Positions 1 to 12,489 of a DNA stretch of 64,000 nt are shown piece after piece; the stretch's first letter is position 1, and every line of letters begins with the position of its first letter. This DNA comes from Octopus vulgaris (taxonomy: Eukaryota). Location of the stretch: the NCBI GenBank assembly GCA_951406725.2, contig OX597836.1:3596001-3660000 (forward strand), given 5' to 3'. The notes beneath the pieces were generated by a model. The model was not told the DNA's origin and did not search any database. It saw only the letters and a list, made by a program, of their open reading frames with translations. Made by a program: the position numbers and the translations under genes.

Positions 1-249
1 CATTAAACTCCGGCCATGCTGGAGCACGACCTTGAAATTTTTTTGTTTTAGTCGAGTGAATCGACCTCGGTACTTATTTTTCTATTTAAGCCAGGAACTA
101 CTATCGGGTTCTTTCGCCAAACCGTTAGGTTACGGGACGGAAACCTACCACCACCGGTTGCCAAGAGGTGTTGCGGGACAAAACACAAACACACAAACAC
201 ACACACACACACACACACACATACACACATACATACATACATACATACA

Positions 250-283
<34 letters not shown>

Positions 284-650
284 CATACATACATATATAC
301 ATTCATACATACATACATACATACATATATACATTCATACATACACGCACACATGTTATGGGCGAAGGATTGGTAAGAAGATTGCTTCCCATTCACAAGG
401 TTCCAGGTTCGGTCCCACTGCGTGACACCTGGACAGGTGTCTTCTACTTTAGCCTCGGGCCGACCAAATCCTTGTGAGTAAATTTGGTAGTCGGAAACTG
501 AAAGAAGACCGTCGTAAATATGTATGCATATATTTATATATAAATGTGTCTGTGTTTGTACCCCACGATTGCTTGACAACCGATGCTGGTGTGTTTACAT
601 CCACGTAACTTAGCGGTACGGCCAAAGTGACCGATAGAATAAGTACTAGG
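1..650. repeat. Segmental duplicate, inverted relative to ~25067-25700 (two SINE pieces plus microsatellite)
   Basis: Conceptual translations 32..376(+) and 145..579(-) match 25264..25725(-) and 25137..25361(+), including private variants (e.g. ttttttgttttagtcgagtgaatcgacctcggtac) absent from other SINE copies. Confidence 0.85.
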
Positions 651-680
651 CTAACAAAGAATAAGTCTTAGCGTTGATTT
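361..680 (+). mobile_element. tRNA-derived SINE, family A (CORE-like centre)
   Basis: Degenerate head with B-box-like ggttcggtccc, body gcctcgggccgaccaaa...ggaaactgaaagaag, tail ggtgctccagcatggccacagtcaaataactgaaacaag; many copies in the window. Confidence 0.8.
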
Positions 681-854
681 GTTCGACTAAAGGTGGTGCT
701 CCAGCATGGCCACAGTCAAATAACTGAAACAAGTAAAGGAATAAAAGAATATATAAATACGTAATCATATCTATGTGTATGTGTGTGTGTTTGTACATAT
801 ACACATAAAAACCATTGCATACGTACATATATTTATATATGCATATATATATTT

Positions 855-1072
855 ATGAGGTGGCGGGTGCTGAAACATTCCTGGTTTTAAGGGTATCGTG
901 AAAGCTTGGTTGAGGGCCCAACCTCCCGTGTTCTTTTACAGAACTTAGAAAAGTTGTAGGACCGCTGCAATAAGTGTGTGAATCTGAAACGGGAATATGT
1001 TGAATAAAATCATAATTAACTGATCCTCCTGTATTTTCTTTTACTGAATCCCTGGAACCTTTTAGCACAATT
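855..1072 (+). mobile_element. Mariner-derived non-autonomous element (MITE-like)
   Basis: Ends ggtgctgaaacattcctgg / ctggaaccttttagcac are imperfect inverted repeats. Internal DRCNKCVNLKREYVE* resembles a mariner transposase C-terminus. Related copy at 58021-58240. Confidence 0.7.
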
Positions 1073-1073
1073 C

Positions 1074-1147
<74 letters not shown>

Positions 1148-1179
1148 TGTTTGTGTGTCTTTCTGTATCTATGCATGTG

Positions 1180-1530
1180 TATTCCAAAAGTAGCGAAAGG
1201 TCCCGCCTAAAAGCAATACTGATGGAGATTGAAAAAAGCCTGCAACGGTCCTAAGTGATGAAGAGTGCAGACAAAGCCTGGGTCATAAAAAACATTAAAT
1301 CAAACCCAAATGACCTTCCCTCATTATGTGAAAGGAACAGCCTCATTATGCTGCAAGATAGGATCCTTCTTCCTAAAGGATGGCTCCCTCACACATAGCC
1401 CAACCATGATCAATGAGGTACTGAATGACCAGTTCAAATGTGTCTCTACCACCCCGTTGGAACACAGACAAATGAACGAACCGGCGGACTTCTTTGCCGC
1501 CTCACCTATAACCAACGAGGCAGTTACGAG
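1180..1530 (+). mobile_element. LINE (CR1/L2-like) ORF2 fragment, degenerate
   Basis: IKNIKSNP then frameshifted ...KIGSFFLKDGSLTHSPTMINEVLNDQFKCV resembles the linker between endonuclease and RT in CR1-type ORF2. Confidence 0.6.
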
Positions 1531-1589
1531 GTTTACCGATGCTGGTGGGTCCCCGTAAACTAGCGGTTCGGCAAAAGAAACAATAGAAT

Positions 1590-2133
1590 AAGTCCTGGGG
1601 TAGATATGTCCTGCTAAAGGCGGTGTTCCAGCATGGCCTTACTGGAATGACTGAAACAGTTAAAAGAAAAAGAATTACGCGTATCTACACCCTCGGATAT
1701 GTGTGTGTTAGGGTGCGCGCACTCGCATGCTTTTATGTTTGTATTATTTGTAATTTTCTGTTTTTTGGGGGTTATTTTTATTTTCTTTATTTAAGCGCAA
1801 AACACGAAAGAAATGACAACAAAACTGACCTGTTATAAAATATTTTTATTATTATTAATATTGACACAAATGCTGAGTTTTATTCAAAATATCCATTATG
1901 GACTTTATAAAAATACTGTGGATATGTCCAAATAGTCATAGCAAGAATAAAACCCCACCTTCCCGGCCCTCAAATTATTTTTCCATATGAAAGACTTTGG
2001 AATTTATGTGAAGATATTTTTTTTAAAACAAAGAAGTCATCAAAATCTCAATGTTGAGACGGGATCGTCTCTTACATGTCATATCACATCTCTTAGATGA
2101 GCACAACTCTTTGCAGTAGCTGGAAAGTTTCAT
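1590..2133 (-). pseudogene. 3' flank-only remnant of the amplified gene cassette
   Basis: Reverse complement matches 27950-28485, just downstream of the stop codon and including the gagacg-atcc-cgtctc hairpin. No ORF lies upstream. Confidence 0.8.
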
Positions 2134-2304
2134 GCCTACACGGATGACCGTTTTCACCTGCCACTGACCTCTTCACTCAGATGTCAGCGGTCGTTCATCG
2201 CCAAATTAATGACTTTTAACGCCGAGGTTAAACATTTGACCTGATGCACCTAAATGAATGAAGGGCTAGAAAATTTGCGTCGTGTATGTATGTATGTATG
2301 TATG

Positions 2305-2335
<31 letters not shown>

Positions 2336-2522
2336 GTATGTATGTATGTATGTATGTAAGTATGTATGTATGTATATATATATGTGTGTGTGTATGTGTG
2401 TGTGTATGTATATATATATGTGTGTGTGTGTGTGTGTATGTATATATATATGTGTGTGTGTGTGTGTGTGCATATATACATATAAATATATGCATATATA
2501 TAATATATGTATATATATATAA

Positions 2523-2556
<34 letters not shown>

Positions 2557-2639
2557 ATACATATGTACATTTTTTGTCATTTCAACTCAGAGCTGCGGCC
2601 ATGCTGGGGCACCACGTTTTGCTACGCTGTTATTACTGA

Positions 2640-2985
2640 GTGCCTCCTCTAATATGTGGCATTTGGTGAATAAGGGAGTTTGATGTCGCTACTCTCATTT
2701 GCATCTCTTGCCGCCAGGTTGTTTACTCTGGGATTCTCGACAGGTTGATGTCCAGTTTTGATTTGAAAACACCTACATCCACTTTGTGTAGGACCTTCAG
2801 GCTCTTTGGGAGAATATTAAAAAGCTGTGGGCCCCTGACACCCAGGCTGTTGCAGCAACGGGTCCTGAAGCGTGATGGTATTGTTGGGATCTTAGGTACT
2901 GTGCAGCTCTGTATTACTGAATACCTCTCACGCCTTCACTCCAGGGAACAGAGTCTAAGCTGTTTCAGCCATTTCCAGTAGTAGA
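2640..2985 (-). mobile_element. CR1-like LINE 3' end fragment
   Basis: Minus strand reads NSLGVRGPQLFNILPKSLKVLHKVDVGVFKSKLDINLSRIPE, typical of a CR1-clade ORF2 C-terminus. Confidence 0.7.
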
Positions 2986-3077
2986 GTCGTTGCAACGATT
3001 CGATCTTTTTTGAAGCATTTCAAGATTCTTTCAAGTTTATACATATATATACGTAAAAATATATATATATAAACATT

Positions 3078-3108
<31 letters not shown>

Positions 3109-3433
3109 GTGTGCATTTATACATATATATATATATACTTGTATATACACCCATATATATATACATACCGATATATATACGTATATATACATACATATAC
3201 ATATATATATGCATATACACATATACATCTGCATACACATATATATACGTATATATATATATACATATTGTTTATACACCTATTTTCGTAAATGTCAACT
3301 ACATATGTATGTGTGTGTATATATGTATATATATAACGGGAAGCTTTATGAAAATAGACAAAAGACGAAGGCAGGTGGGAAACAAACAAACAATTGTATT
3401 AGTGTGGCGCTCAGGAAATATAAATAAAACAAG

Positions 3434-3471
3434 TCTTTAACGTTTCGAGCCTACGCTCTTCAACAGAAAGA
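3434..3471 (-). ncRNA. Degenerate minimal hammerhead ribozyme in a Penelope-like end (~3335-3540)
   Basis: Minus strand: tcttt CTGTTGA a gagc-gtag-gctc GAAA CG TT aaaga. Stems I and II and palindromic stem III are present, but the core is CUGUUGA rather than CUGANGA. Confidence 0.55.
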
Positions 3472-3595
3472 TACACAGAGAGAAAAAAAACACAGAAAGA
3501 AGGAGAGAAAAAAATGCGTGCAGTTTATGCGAACAAGTTCAAGGTTGAAAGTTCAAGGTTAGAAATGTGTAGACGTCGTGGTATATTTTTTAAGG

Positions 3596-3657
<62 letters not shown>

Positions 3658-3728
3658 GTAGCAAATATTCGTTATAAATATCGCCACCAGTGGCCTTGCA
3701 TTTATAAATAGTCAATAGACAACATATT

Positions 3729-4029
3729 CATATTTTAAAATAGTGTACGTTTAAACAGAAAAGAAAACTACACTTTAGCAGGTAATTTTTACATACTAGA
3801 AATAGCAGCCAACACGTCCAAAACCACGATTTAATAGCAGTTTTCGAAGTAAATGAAAAATAAAAACTAAATAAAAAGTAAAAAATAAAAGTTTTTATTT
3901 TTCATTTAATTCGAAAATTGCTATTAAATCGTGGTTTTGGCCGTGTTGGCTGCTATTTCTAGCATGTAAAAATTACCTGCTAAAGGGTACTTTTCTTTTG
4001 TTTTTAAATGTACACTATTTTAAAATATG
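3729..4029. repeat. Imperfect foldback, ~140 bp arms, ~21 nt spacer
   Basis: catattttaaaatagtgtac...taaaaact at 3729-3868 is inverted at 3890-4029. Confidence 0.9.
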
Positions 4030-4172
4030 TATATATATATATATGCACACATATACCTATACATATACATACACACACACACATATATATGTATACATGT
4101 GTATACATATATATATATATATATAAGTATCTGAAAGAATGGAGTTGAACGACTAGTTAACAAATATCCTTT

Positions 4173-4257
4173 ATTCTCGACATATGTTTCGAAGGCTGCA
4201 TATTCCTAATTCCGAAGGAATAAGGAGTACATTATGCAGATTTCTCTTCAGGAAAAT
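4173..4257 (-). ncRNA. Type I hammerhead ribozyme
   Basis: Reverse complement of the 4811-4895 motif, with one substitution in stem II. Confidence 0.8.
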
Positions 4258-4810
4258 CAAGGAAACTTATGTCGACATCAAAATGCACAAAAAACTTTTA
4301 GCTGAACGCTCTCAAGGAGCCCTTGGCGATAATGAGTGTCTCTTTATAATGAGTGACGTCAGAGTGGCTGAATGTAGAAGAATCTAGAAGTTTCTAAAGG
4401 TTCAAGAGATCAAACGAAGTAGGAGGAGGGAGGCATAAGAATAGTAAGGTGAGAGAGTGCAGGTCAAAAGAATGGTGGGTTTAAATGATTTCTTTTGTGA
4501 ATGAGTGCCTGTGTGTGTGACTGTATATAACTGTCTTAATGTGTGTATGTGTGTGTCTGAATGCGTGATTGTGTTTGTGGATGGGTAGAAGTCAGAAAAC
4601 TGACAGCTGTGAGTTGAAATGTCTGTGTCTGTGTGTTCGATTTTGTTTACTGTAGGGAAAGGAAAGTAGATAGCGAAAGGGAGAAAGAATCGGGCGAGGT
4701 GAGAGGCAACGCAAGAATGGATAGTAGTAATTGGGAATATAAGAAAATCTTTTTGGACTATTGGGGTGAAATATTTTTTGTGCATTTTGATGTCGACATA
4801 AGTTTCCTTG

Positions 4811-4895
4811 ATTTTCCTGAAGAGAAATCTGCATAATGTACTCCTAATTCCTTCGGAATTAGGAATATGCAGCCTTCGAAACATATGTCGAGAAT
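4811..4895 (+). ncRNA. Type I hammerhead ribozyme
   Basis: Stem I attttc/gagaat; core CTGAAGA (4817-4823); long stem II (gaa/ttc, tgcata/tatgca, tcctaattcc/ggaattagga); GAAA (4878-4881); palindromic stem III ACATATGT; GUC cleavage triplet ending at 4889. Confidence 0.85.
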
Positions 4896-5101
4896 AAAGG
4901 ATATTTGTTAACTAGTCGTTCAACTCCATTCTTTCATATACTTATAATTTTAAAATAAACATACAAATTTCCGCACGAAGACACATAGTCTATGCCCTAG
5001 CGACGTAGCTTCAACCGTGTTCTTTCTGATGTGAATTTGCTACCCAGGTATCGGTTATCTTTCGAATAATCCTTAATAAGATAATTCATTCAATTACTCA
5101 A

Positions 5102-5620
<519 letters not shown>

Positions 5621-5697
5621 AATAGAATATATGTATAAATATATACATGTATGTAGGTATGTATACATGTATGTGTATATATATACATGTATGTATG

Positions 5698-5728
<31 letters not shown>

Positions 5729-5780
5729 ATATATATATATACATGTATGTATGTGTATATATATATATATATACATACAT

Positions 5781-5820
<40 letters not shown>

Positions 5821-5904
5821 GTATATATATATATATGTATGTATATATGACATATATATATATGTATGCATATATATAAATATATATATACATATAAATA
5901 TATA

Positions 5905-5954
<50 letters not shown>

Positions 5955-6142
5955 TATATGTGTGTGTATACATATATATATATATATACATATGCATGGA
6001 TATATATTTATATGTATATATATATATATATGCATACATATATATATGTCATATATACATATATATATATATATATTTATTTATACATAGATATATATTT
6101 ATATGTATGTCAGCTGAAAAATATGTATGTATGTATATATAT

Positions 6143-6445
6143 AGGCGCAGGATTGGCTGTGTGGTAAGTAACTCGCTTGCTAACCACATGGTTCTGGGTT
6201 CAGACGCACTGATAAGTATCTCGGGCAAGTCTCTTCAACTATAGCTTCTGTGTGTGTGTGTTTGTCCACCCACCCCACTATCACTTGACAAACGGCGTTG
6301 ATGCGTTTACGTCCACTAAACTAGCGATTCGGCAAAGGAAAACGGTAGAATAAGTACTAGCCTTACAGAGAATAAGTCCTGGGGTCGATCTCTTCAACTA
6401 AAGGTGGTGCCCCAGAATGGCCGCAGTGGAATGACTGAAACAAGA
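6143..6445 (+). mobile_element. SINE family A copy (internally deleted), part of the cassette 3' flank
   Basis: ggcgcaggattggctgtgtggtaag (A-box-like), gggttcaga (B-box-like) and the family tail. Confidence 0.75.
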
Positions 6446-6959
6446 AAAAAAATTACACGTATCTACACCCTCAGATTCTGTGTGTGGGTGCGCGCGCATA
6501 TGTATTTTTTAAAATTATATTTGTAATTTTTGGGTGTTTTTTCGTGATTTTTTAATTTTCTTTATTTAAGCGCAAAACCCGAAAAAAATGACAACAAAAC
6601 CGAACTGTTAGAAAATATTTTTATTATTATTAATATTAACAGAAATGCTGATTTTTATTCACAATATCCATTATGGACATTGTAAAAACACTGAGGATAT
6701 GTCCAAATAGTCATAGCAAGAATAAAACCCCTTAAGAACTCCCCATCTTCCCGACCCCCAAAATATATTTCCAATTTGAAAAACCAAAGAATTTGTAAGA
6801 TGATATTTAAAACAAGAAAAAGAAGAAGAAATCATCATATTCTCAATGTTGAGACGGGATCGTCTCTTACATGTTATATCACATCTCTTAGATGAGCACA
6901 ACTCTTTGCAGTACCTACAAAAGTTTCATACCAGTTATATCAACGGCACTTTTCAATGT

Positions 6960-7598
6960 CTAACTTCCTGCAACCTGTTCATTTGCAAATAAGCTTCTTT
7001 CGTGTCTTCTCAGCAAGAACTTCATCCAATGTAATTTCGAATAATCCACCAGTTCTTCCAGTTCTTCGTCTCTCTCATCTTCTCTCTTCACATTTCCTTC
7101 TTCGACCAGCCTCGGCGGAACGACGGTCGTTTTCTCTGGGATTCCATCTTCTTGTTTAGAGTTTGAGGGACGAGGAAATTCATTCGACGCTTGCTGACAC
7201 AATTCAACATTTGAGTTCTGGCAATAGAGACAACATTTCCGATCAATAGTGATGTAACCACATTCACCACACTTCACACATTGTAAGTTGATGACTTCCA
7301 TTCCGAAGGGATGGTCATAAACAGCATTCTCATATTGAACATGGTTCTCTCGTGGTTGATTGCTGTGGGTTCCAGGTCCAAATTCATACGGCTGATAGTC
7401 TGAGGATTTCGTGTCTTCCTTCTCCATTGCTTCTACCAAATTCTCCATAGACCTGGACTCGTCTTTAATCTTCTTCTCGTTACTCAGTAAATTCTGGTCT
7501 CCTGCAAATTTTCCTTGCTCTTCGTTCTGATTGAAGAAATCAGCTTCTTTCTCTCCACCGCACTCCATCTCTTCATCTGATCTCTGGAATTTCATCAT
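6960..7598 (-). CDS. Unknown acidic protein with a Cys cluster, 212 aa, family copy 1
   Basis: Uninterrupted non-repetitive ORF kept open in four copies. Contains CVKCGECG...CCLYC...C and a C-terminal EELEELVDYSKLHWMKFLLRR helix-like segment; TATAAAA lies upstream. Confidence 0.75.
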   Translation of the reverse strand: MMKFQRSDEEMECGGEKEADFFNQNEEQGKFAGDQNLLSNEKKIKDESRSMENLVEAMEKEDTKSSDYQPYEFGPGTHSNQPRENHVQYENAVYDHPFGMEVINLQCVKCGECGYITIDRKCCLYCQNSNVELCQQASNEFPRPSNSKQEDGIPEKTTVVPPRLVEEGNVKREDERDEELEELVDYSKLHWMKFLLRRHERSLFANEQVAGS

Positions 7599-7623
7599 AT
7601 TTGGTTCCTTGTTCTCACTTGGC

Positions 7624-7630
7624 TTTTATA
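7624..7630 (-). promoter_or_regulatory. TATA-box-like TATAAAA, copy 1
   Basis: Starts 32 nt before the ATG; same position in all four copies. Confidence 0.5.
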
Positions 7631-8360
7631 AACCCGAAGATAAAATATACGATAGCAATAGTAGTAGTAGTGGTAGCGGAGACTTCTAACGCTGGAGATT
7701 TCGTAGATGTGTGTAAGGCGAGGCGAATTGAAGGTATGGTGGTTCGGCTCAAAGTCCAGCCCTTTTATGAAGGGACGCACAATGCCGTTCCTTAAAACCA
7801 CGTTCGCTAGGGGTTGTTTTTGCCTTCTTTTGTTTCTTTCTTTCTTAATATCCTTTCTTTTTCTTTCCTTCCTTCTTTCATTCATTCATTCTTTCTTTTC
7901 CTACCTCCCTCTCTAACACCTCCTACCTACTCCTCGCTAACTCTCCTCCCCTCCCTCCTTTTCTTTCTTTCGTTCCCTCCTTTTTCCCTTCCTCCCTCCC
8001 TCGCTCCCATAACCCCTCTCCCACCAAGACACAATCCCCCAACCTCCATAACTATCGCCTCCCTCCTTTTCTTTCTTTCTTTCTTCCTCCCTAACTACCA
8101 CCCTCACCCTTCCCTTTCTTTCAATCATTCTTTCTTTCTTTTCTCCTTCTTTCTTTTTTCTTTCCATGCTGACCACTCACAGTTAATTGATTTATTCGAA
8201 TATTCGTGTGTGTATATATATATATTTATATGTGTGTGTGTATGTGTGTGTATGTATGTGTGTGTGTGTATATTTATATATACATACATATATATATAAT
8301 AATATTGGGGAGTATATATATACATATATATATGTGTGTGTATGTATGTATGTATGTATG

Positions 8361-8401
<41 letters not shown>

Positions 8402-8780
8402 GCACACACAAACATATACATATATATACACACACATATTTATATATGATTTTTATGATTTATATATGATTTATAAAACATGTGACATTAATATCCGAAA
8501 ATATAAAACCATCCTGATTTCTGAGTACCTTTTTTCCTCTAATATATATATATGTATACACACCAGTACGTATAAATTGTGAAGCATGACTGTCAACACT
8601 ACTACATGAACCTGAAGATTGCAGAATTCAATGCATGAAAGTACTAGTTCAATCAGAATGAACATTTAACATTCTACTATTTCATTTTATTTTATTCTAT
8701 TATAATATATTATCTTATAATATATCATTATAAGATTGTAAATAAAACGTGAAAATCAGACAAGGTTGGAATTCCTTTTA

Positions 8781-8835
<55 letters not shown>

Positions 8836-8886
8836 TACGTGCGCACACACACACACACACACACACATACATACACACACACACAA

Positions 8887-9187
8887 TCCTGTTCCCTCTC
8901 GAGCAATGCCTGGCTCATAAGGGCCGCTTTCCCGGTTTCCTTGGCGTATAGGTTCCCCACCTGGACGGGACGCCGGTCCGTAGCAGTGAGCTGCAAGATG
9001 CAGGAGGAAAGAGTGAGAGAAAGTTGTGGCGAAAGAGGCAGCAGAAGTTCGCCATTACCTTCTTCCGGAGCCGCGTGGAACTCGGGTGTTTCGCTCAAAA
9101 ACACACACATCGCCCGGTCTGCGATTCGAACTCGCGATCCCTCGACCGCAAGCCCGCTGCTCTAATCACTAGGCCATGTGCCTCCAC
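8887..9187 (-). mobile_element. tRNA-derived SINE, family C
   Basis: Minus-strand head ggaggcacatggcctagtgattagagc...gagttcgaatc with A and B boxes; related heads at 31990, 56035 and 58855. Confidence 0.7.
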
Positions 9188-9199
9188 ACACACACGCGC

Positions 9200-10620
9200 G
9201 CCCGCAGGTATATTCAAATAAATCAATTAACTCAATCAATGGCCAGCATTGAAAGAAAGAAGGAAGGAAGACAGAAAGAAAGAAGGAAAACGATAGAAAA
9301 AAGAAAGGAAGGAAAGAAGTAAAAGAAGAAATAAAGAAAGACTGAGGGAAACAGAGGGAGGGAAGAGGGAAACAGAGGGAATGAGGGGGTGGGAGGAAGT
9401 TAGAGAGTGTGGGAGGGTGCTAGGATGGGGAGAAGGAGTTAGGGAGGGAGGCAGGGATTTAGGATGGTGGTAGGGTGTTAGGGGTGGAGTGCGGTAGTTG
9501 GGGAAGGAGAAAGGAAGAAAGTAAGAAATGCAGGGTGGGTGGGAGCAAGTTAGGGAGGAGGGAAGGCTAAACACAGAGAGGACAAACAAGGACAGAGAAA
9601 CGGATTAAGTCGATTTCATCGACCCCAGTGCGTAACTGGTACTTAATTTATCGACCCCGAAAGGATGAAAGGCAAAGTCGACCTCGGCGGAATTTGAACT
9701 CAGAACGTAACGGCAGACGAAATACCTATTTCTTTATTACCCACAAGGGGCTAAACACAAAGAGGACAAACAAGGACAGACATAGGTATTAAGTCGATTA
9801 CACCGACCCAAGTGCGTAACTGGTACTTAATTTATCGACGCTGAAAGGATGAAAGGCAAAGTCGACCTCGGCGGAATTTGAACTCAGAACGTAACGGCAG
9901 ACGAAATACCGCTAGGCATTTCGCCGGCGTGCTAACGTTTCTGCCATCCCGCCAAGATACTTCTATCGCCATTGTATACCTTCAACCCCCCCACACACAC
10001 ACACACACCTTACACACATCTACGAAATCGCCAGCGTTATAATTCTTCTCCTCACACTGCTACCACTACTACTATTGCCATCGTATATTTTATCTTCGTC
10101 TATCTTCGCCACGAACTTAAACGTTCAAAAGTGCCGTTGATATAACTGGTATGAAACTTCTGCAGGTGCTGCAAAGAGCTGTGCTTCTCTAAAAACTCTG
10201 AGATGACGTGTAAGAGACGATGCCGTCTCAACATAGAGATTTTGATTGACTTTTTTCTTTTTAAAACAAATTCCAGAGTCTTTCAAAGGAAGAAAAAAAG
10301 TTTTGAGGTGGGCAGCTAGGTGGGGAATTGATAAGGGGTTTTATTCTTGCTGTGAGTATTTCGACATATCCTCAGTATTTTCACAATGTCCATAATAAAA
10401 ATGTTGAACAATTTTTTTCGGATTTTGCGCTTAAATAAAGAAAATATAATTCCCAGGAAAAAAACAGAAAATTACAAATATTCAAACATAAATACAGGTG
10501 CGCACGCACACACACATATGTGAGGGTGTGGACACATAATTTTTTTCTTGTTTCAGTCATTCCACTGCGGCCATGCTGGAGCACCGGCTTTAGTTGAAGA
10601 GATCGACCCTAGCACTTATT
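9200..10620 (+). pseudogene. ORF-less (empty) copy of the gene cassette, interrupted by a SINE
   Basis: Upstream homology (tacacacatctacgaaatc...tcgtatattttatcttcg) joins at ~10108-10113 directly to sequence matching the stop region and 3' flank (ttaaacgttcaaaagtgccgttgatataactggtatgaaac). Confidence 0.85.
9566..9955 (-). mobile_element. SINE family B with internally duplicated body
   Basis: Minus strand ...gttctgagttcaaattccgccgaggtcgactttgcctttcatcctttcggggtcgataaattaagtacc occurs twice. The central motif resembles the Deu/Nin-type conserved SINE domain (from memory). Same dimer structure at 59440-59838. Confidence 0.75.
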
Positions 10621-10695
10621 CTTTGTAAGGCTAGTACTTATACTATCGTTCACTTTTCCCAAAAGTGAACGATAGTATAAGGACATGTGTTGATA

Positions 10696-10781
<86 letters not shown>

Positions 10782-10811
10782 CAGCCATATACGTATACAT
10801 ATACACATCAT

Positions 10812-10857
<46 letters not shown>

Positions 10858-10859
<2 letters not shown>

Positions 10860-12112
10860 TGTCCTGTCTCTCACTGTTATATATTTATTTTTCCACTGTT
10901 TATATATATATTTTTTACTGTTTATATGTTTGTATACCGTCTTGCTTTTTTTACCCCTCTGCGACAAGATCTCAGAATTTTAATTGATTTGCTTTTCGCA
11001 GGAAGGAATTTTTCATTCGAAGTATACGTCTCGCTTTTATCCTTCGAAACGTTTAGTAGATGAAACTTTAGCGACTGAAGAAGGGGATTTTTCGTTGTGC
11101 TTATTGTCCTGTATCTCCTTTTTTTGCTTGTCTTGTTCCTTGGTTTGTGTCTATGTTTTTCGTCTCTCTATGTGTTCGACGTCCTTTTGGTGTCCTGTAC
11201 ACATATATGCGTGTATATGTACATGTAGAGGTAGGTACGTACATATATGTTTATATATATGCATATATTTTATTAACATATTATACGACTAAACGCACGC
11301 ACCCTATTAAGTAAGATTGTTCTGTTTATCAAGTTCGCCTTGATATTAACTCTCACGCGACTCTGCATCTTTCTTTCTTTCTCTCCCATTCCCTTTTTCG
11401 TCTTTTTTCCCTCACTTAACTTGTCTCTTCCTCTCTCTCTCCCCCTCACTGTTCTTCATGGTCTCCTCGCACCATTCCCCTTCTTCTCTCTCTTCCTCTT
11501 GCTCCTCCTCCCCCATTCCCGTCGTCCATCTGCGACGTACTTCCGTCGTAACTGCTATCCCGTCCTTTCTCACCTGCCTTCTAAGGCCACTGGTCGACAT
11601 CTTCCTCTCTCGTCGTCCACTATAATCCAGCGTTTGCAATACTTTTTTCGTCTGGCGTTAACAGCCCTTCTTATCTTGTTCTCCTTGTCCTGTCTCTCAC
11701 TGTTATATATTTATTTTTCCACTGTTTATATATATATTTTTTACTGTTTATATGTTTGTACTGTCGTTACCGTCTTGCTTTTTTTTACCCCTCTGCGACA
11801 AGATCTCAGAATTTTAATTGATTTGCTTTTCGCAGGAAGGAATTTTTCATTCGAAGTATACGTCTCGCTTTTATCCTTCGAAACGTTTAGTAGATGAAAC
11901 TTTAGCGACTGAAGAAGGGGATTTTTCGTTGTGCTTATTGTCCTGTATCTCCTTTTTTTGCTTGTCTTGTTCCTTGGTTTGTGTCTATGTTTTTCGTCTC
12001 TCTATGTGTTCGACGTCCTTTTGGTGTCCTGTACACATATATGCGTGTATATGTACATGTAGAGGTAGGTACGTACATATATGTTTATATATATGCATAT
12101 ATTTATTAACAT
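10858..12112 (+). mobile_element. ~420 bp direct repeat pair flanking ~400 bp, probable Penelope-like or LTR-like relic
   Basis: 10858-11280 is nearly identical to 11685-12112; pyrimidine-rich spacer; embedded in (TA)n. Confidence 0.6.
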
Positions 12113-12178
12113 ATATATATATATATGTATATACATACACATATATATATATATATATATAGACATATATATAGATAG

Positions 12179-12284
<106 letters not shown>

Positions 12285-12344
12285 CACGAAATATATATAT
12301 ATATATATATGACTATATATATATCGAACATATATATATAGAGA

Positions 12345-12447
<103 letters not shown>

Positions 12448-12489
12448 TACATATATGTATACATAGCATGCACACGCACTCACACATAG

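Larger units (their letters stand above)
4122..5100. mobile_element. Penelope-like element relic with inverted pseudo-LTR segments
   Basis: 4122-4293 is inverted at 4774-4946 and each arm carries a hammerhead. Homologous to 14101-15422; bounded by (TA)n. Confidence 0.75.

Noticed and set aside
4184-4884. Duplicated [15 protein letters not shown] on both strands
   Set aside because: Antisense reading of the hammerhead-bearing inverted repeat.
6143-6215. tRNA-like A/B boxes (also near 9130-9187, 32000, 56035, 58800)
   Set aside because: These are SINE heads continuing into repeat bodies; no complete cloverleaf seen.
11075-11125. Canonical hammerhead at CTGAAGA
   Set aside because: No GAAA follows the putative stem II, so it is not annotated as a ribozyme; kept only as a speculative finding.
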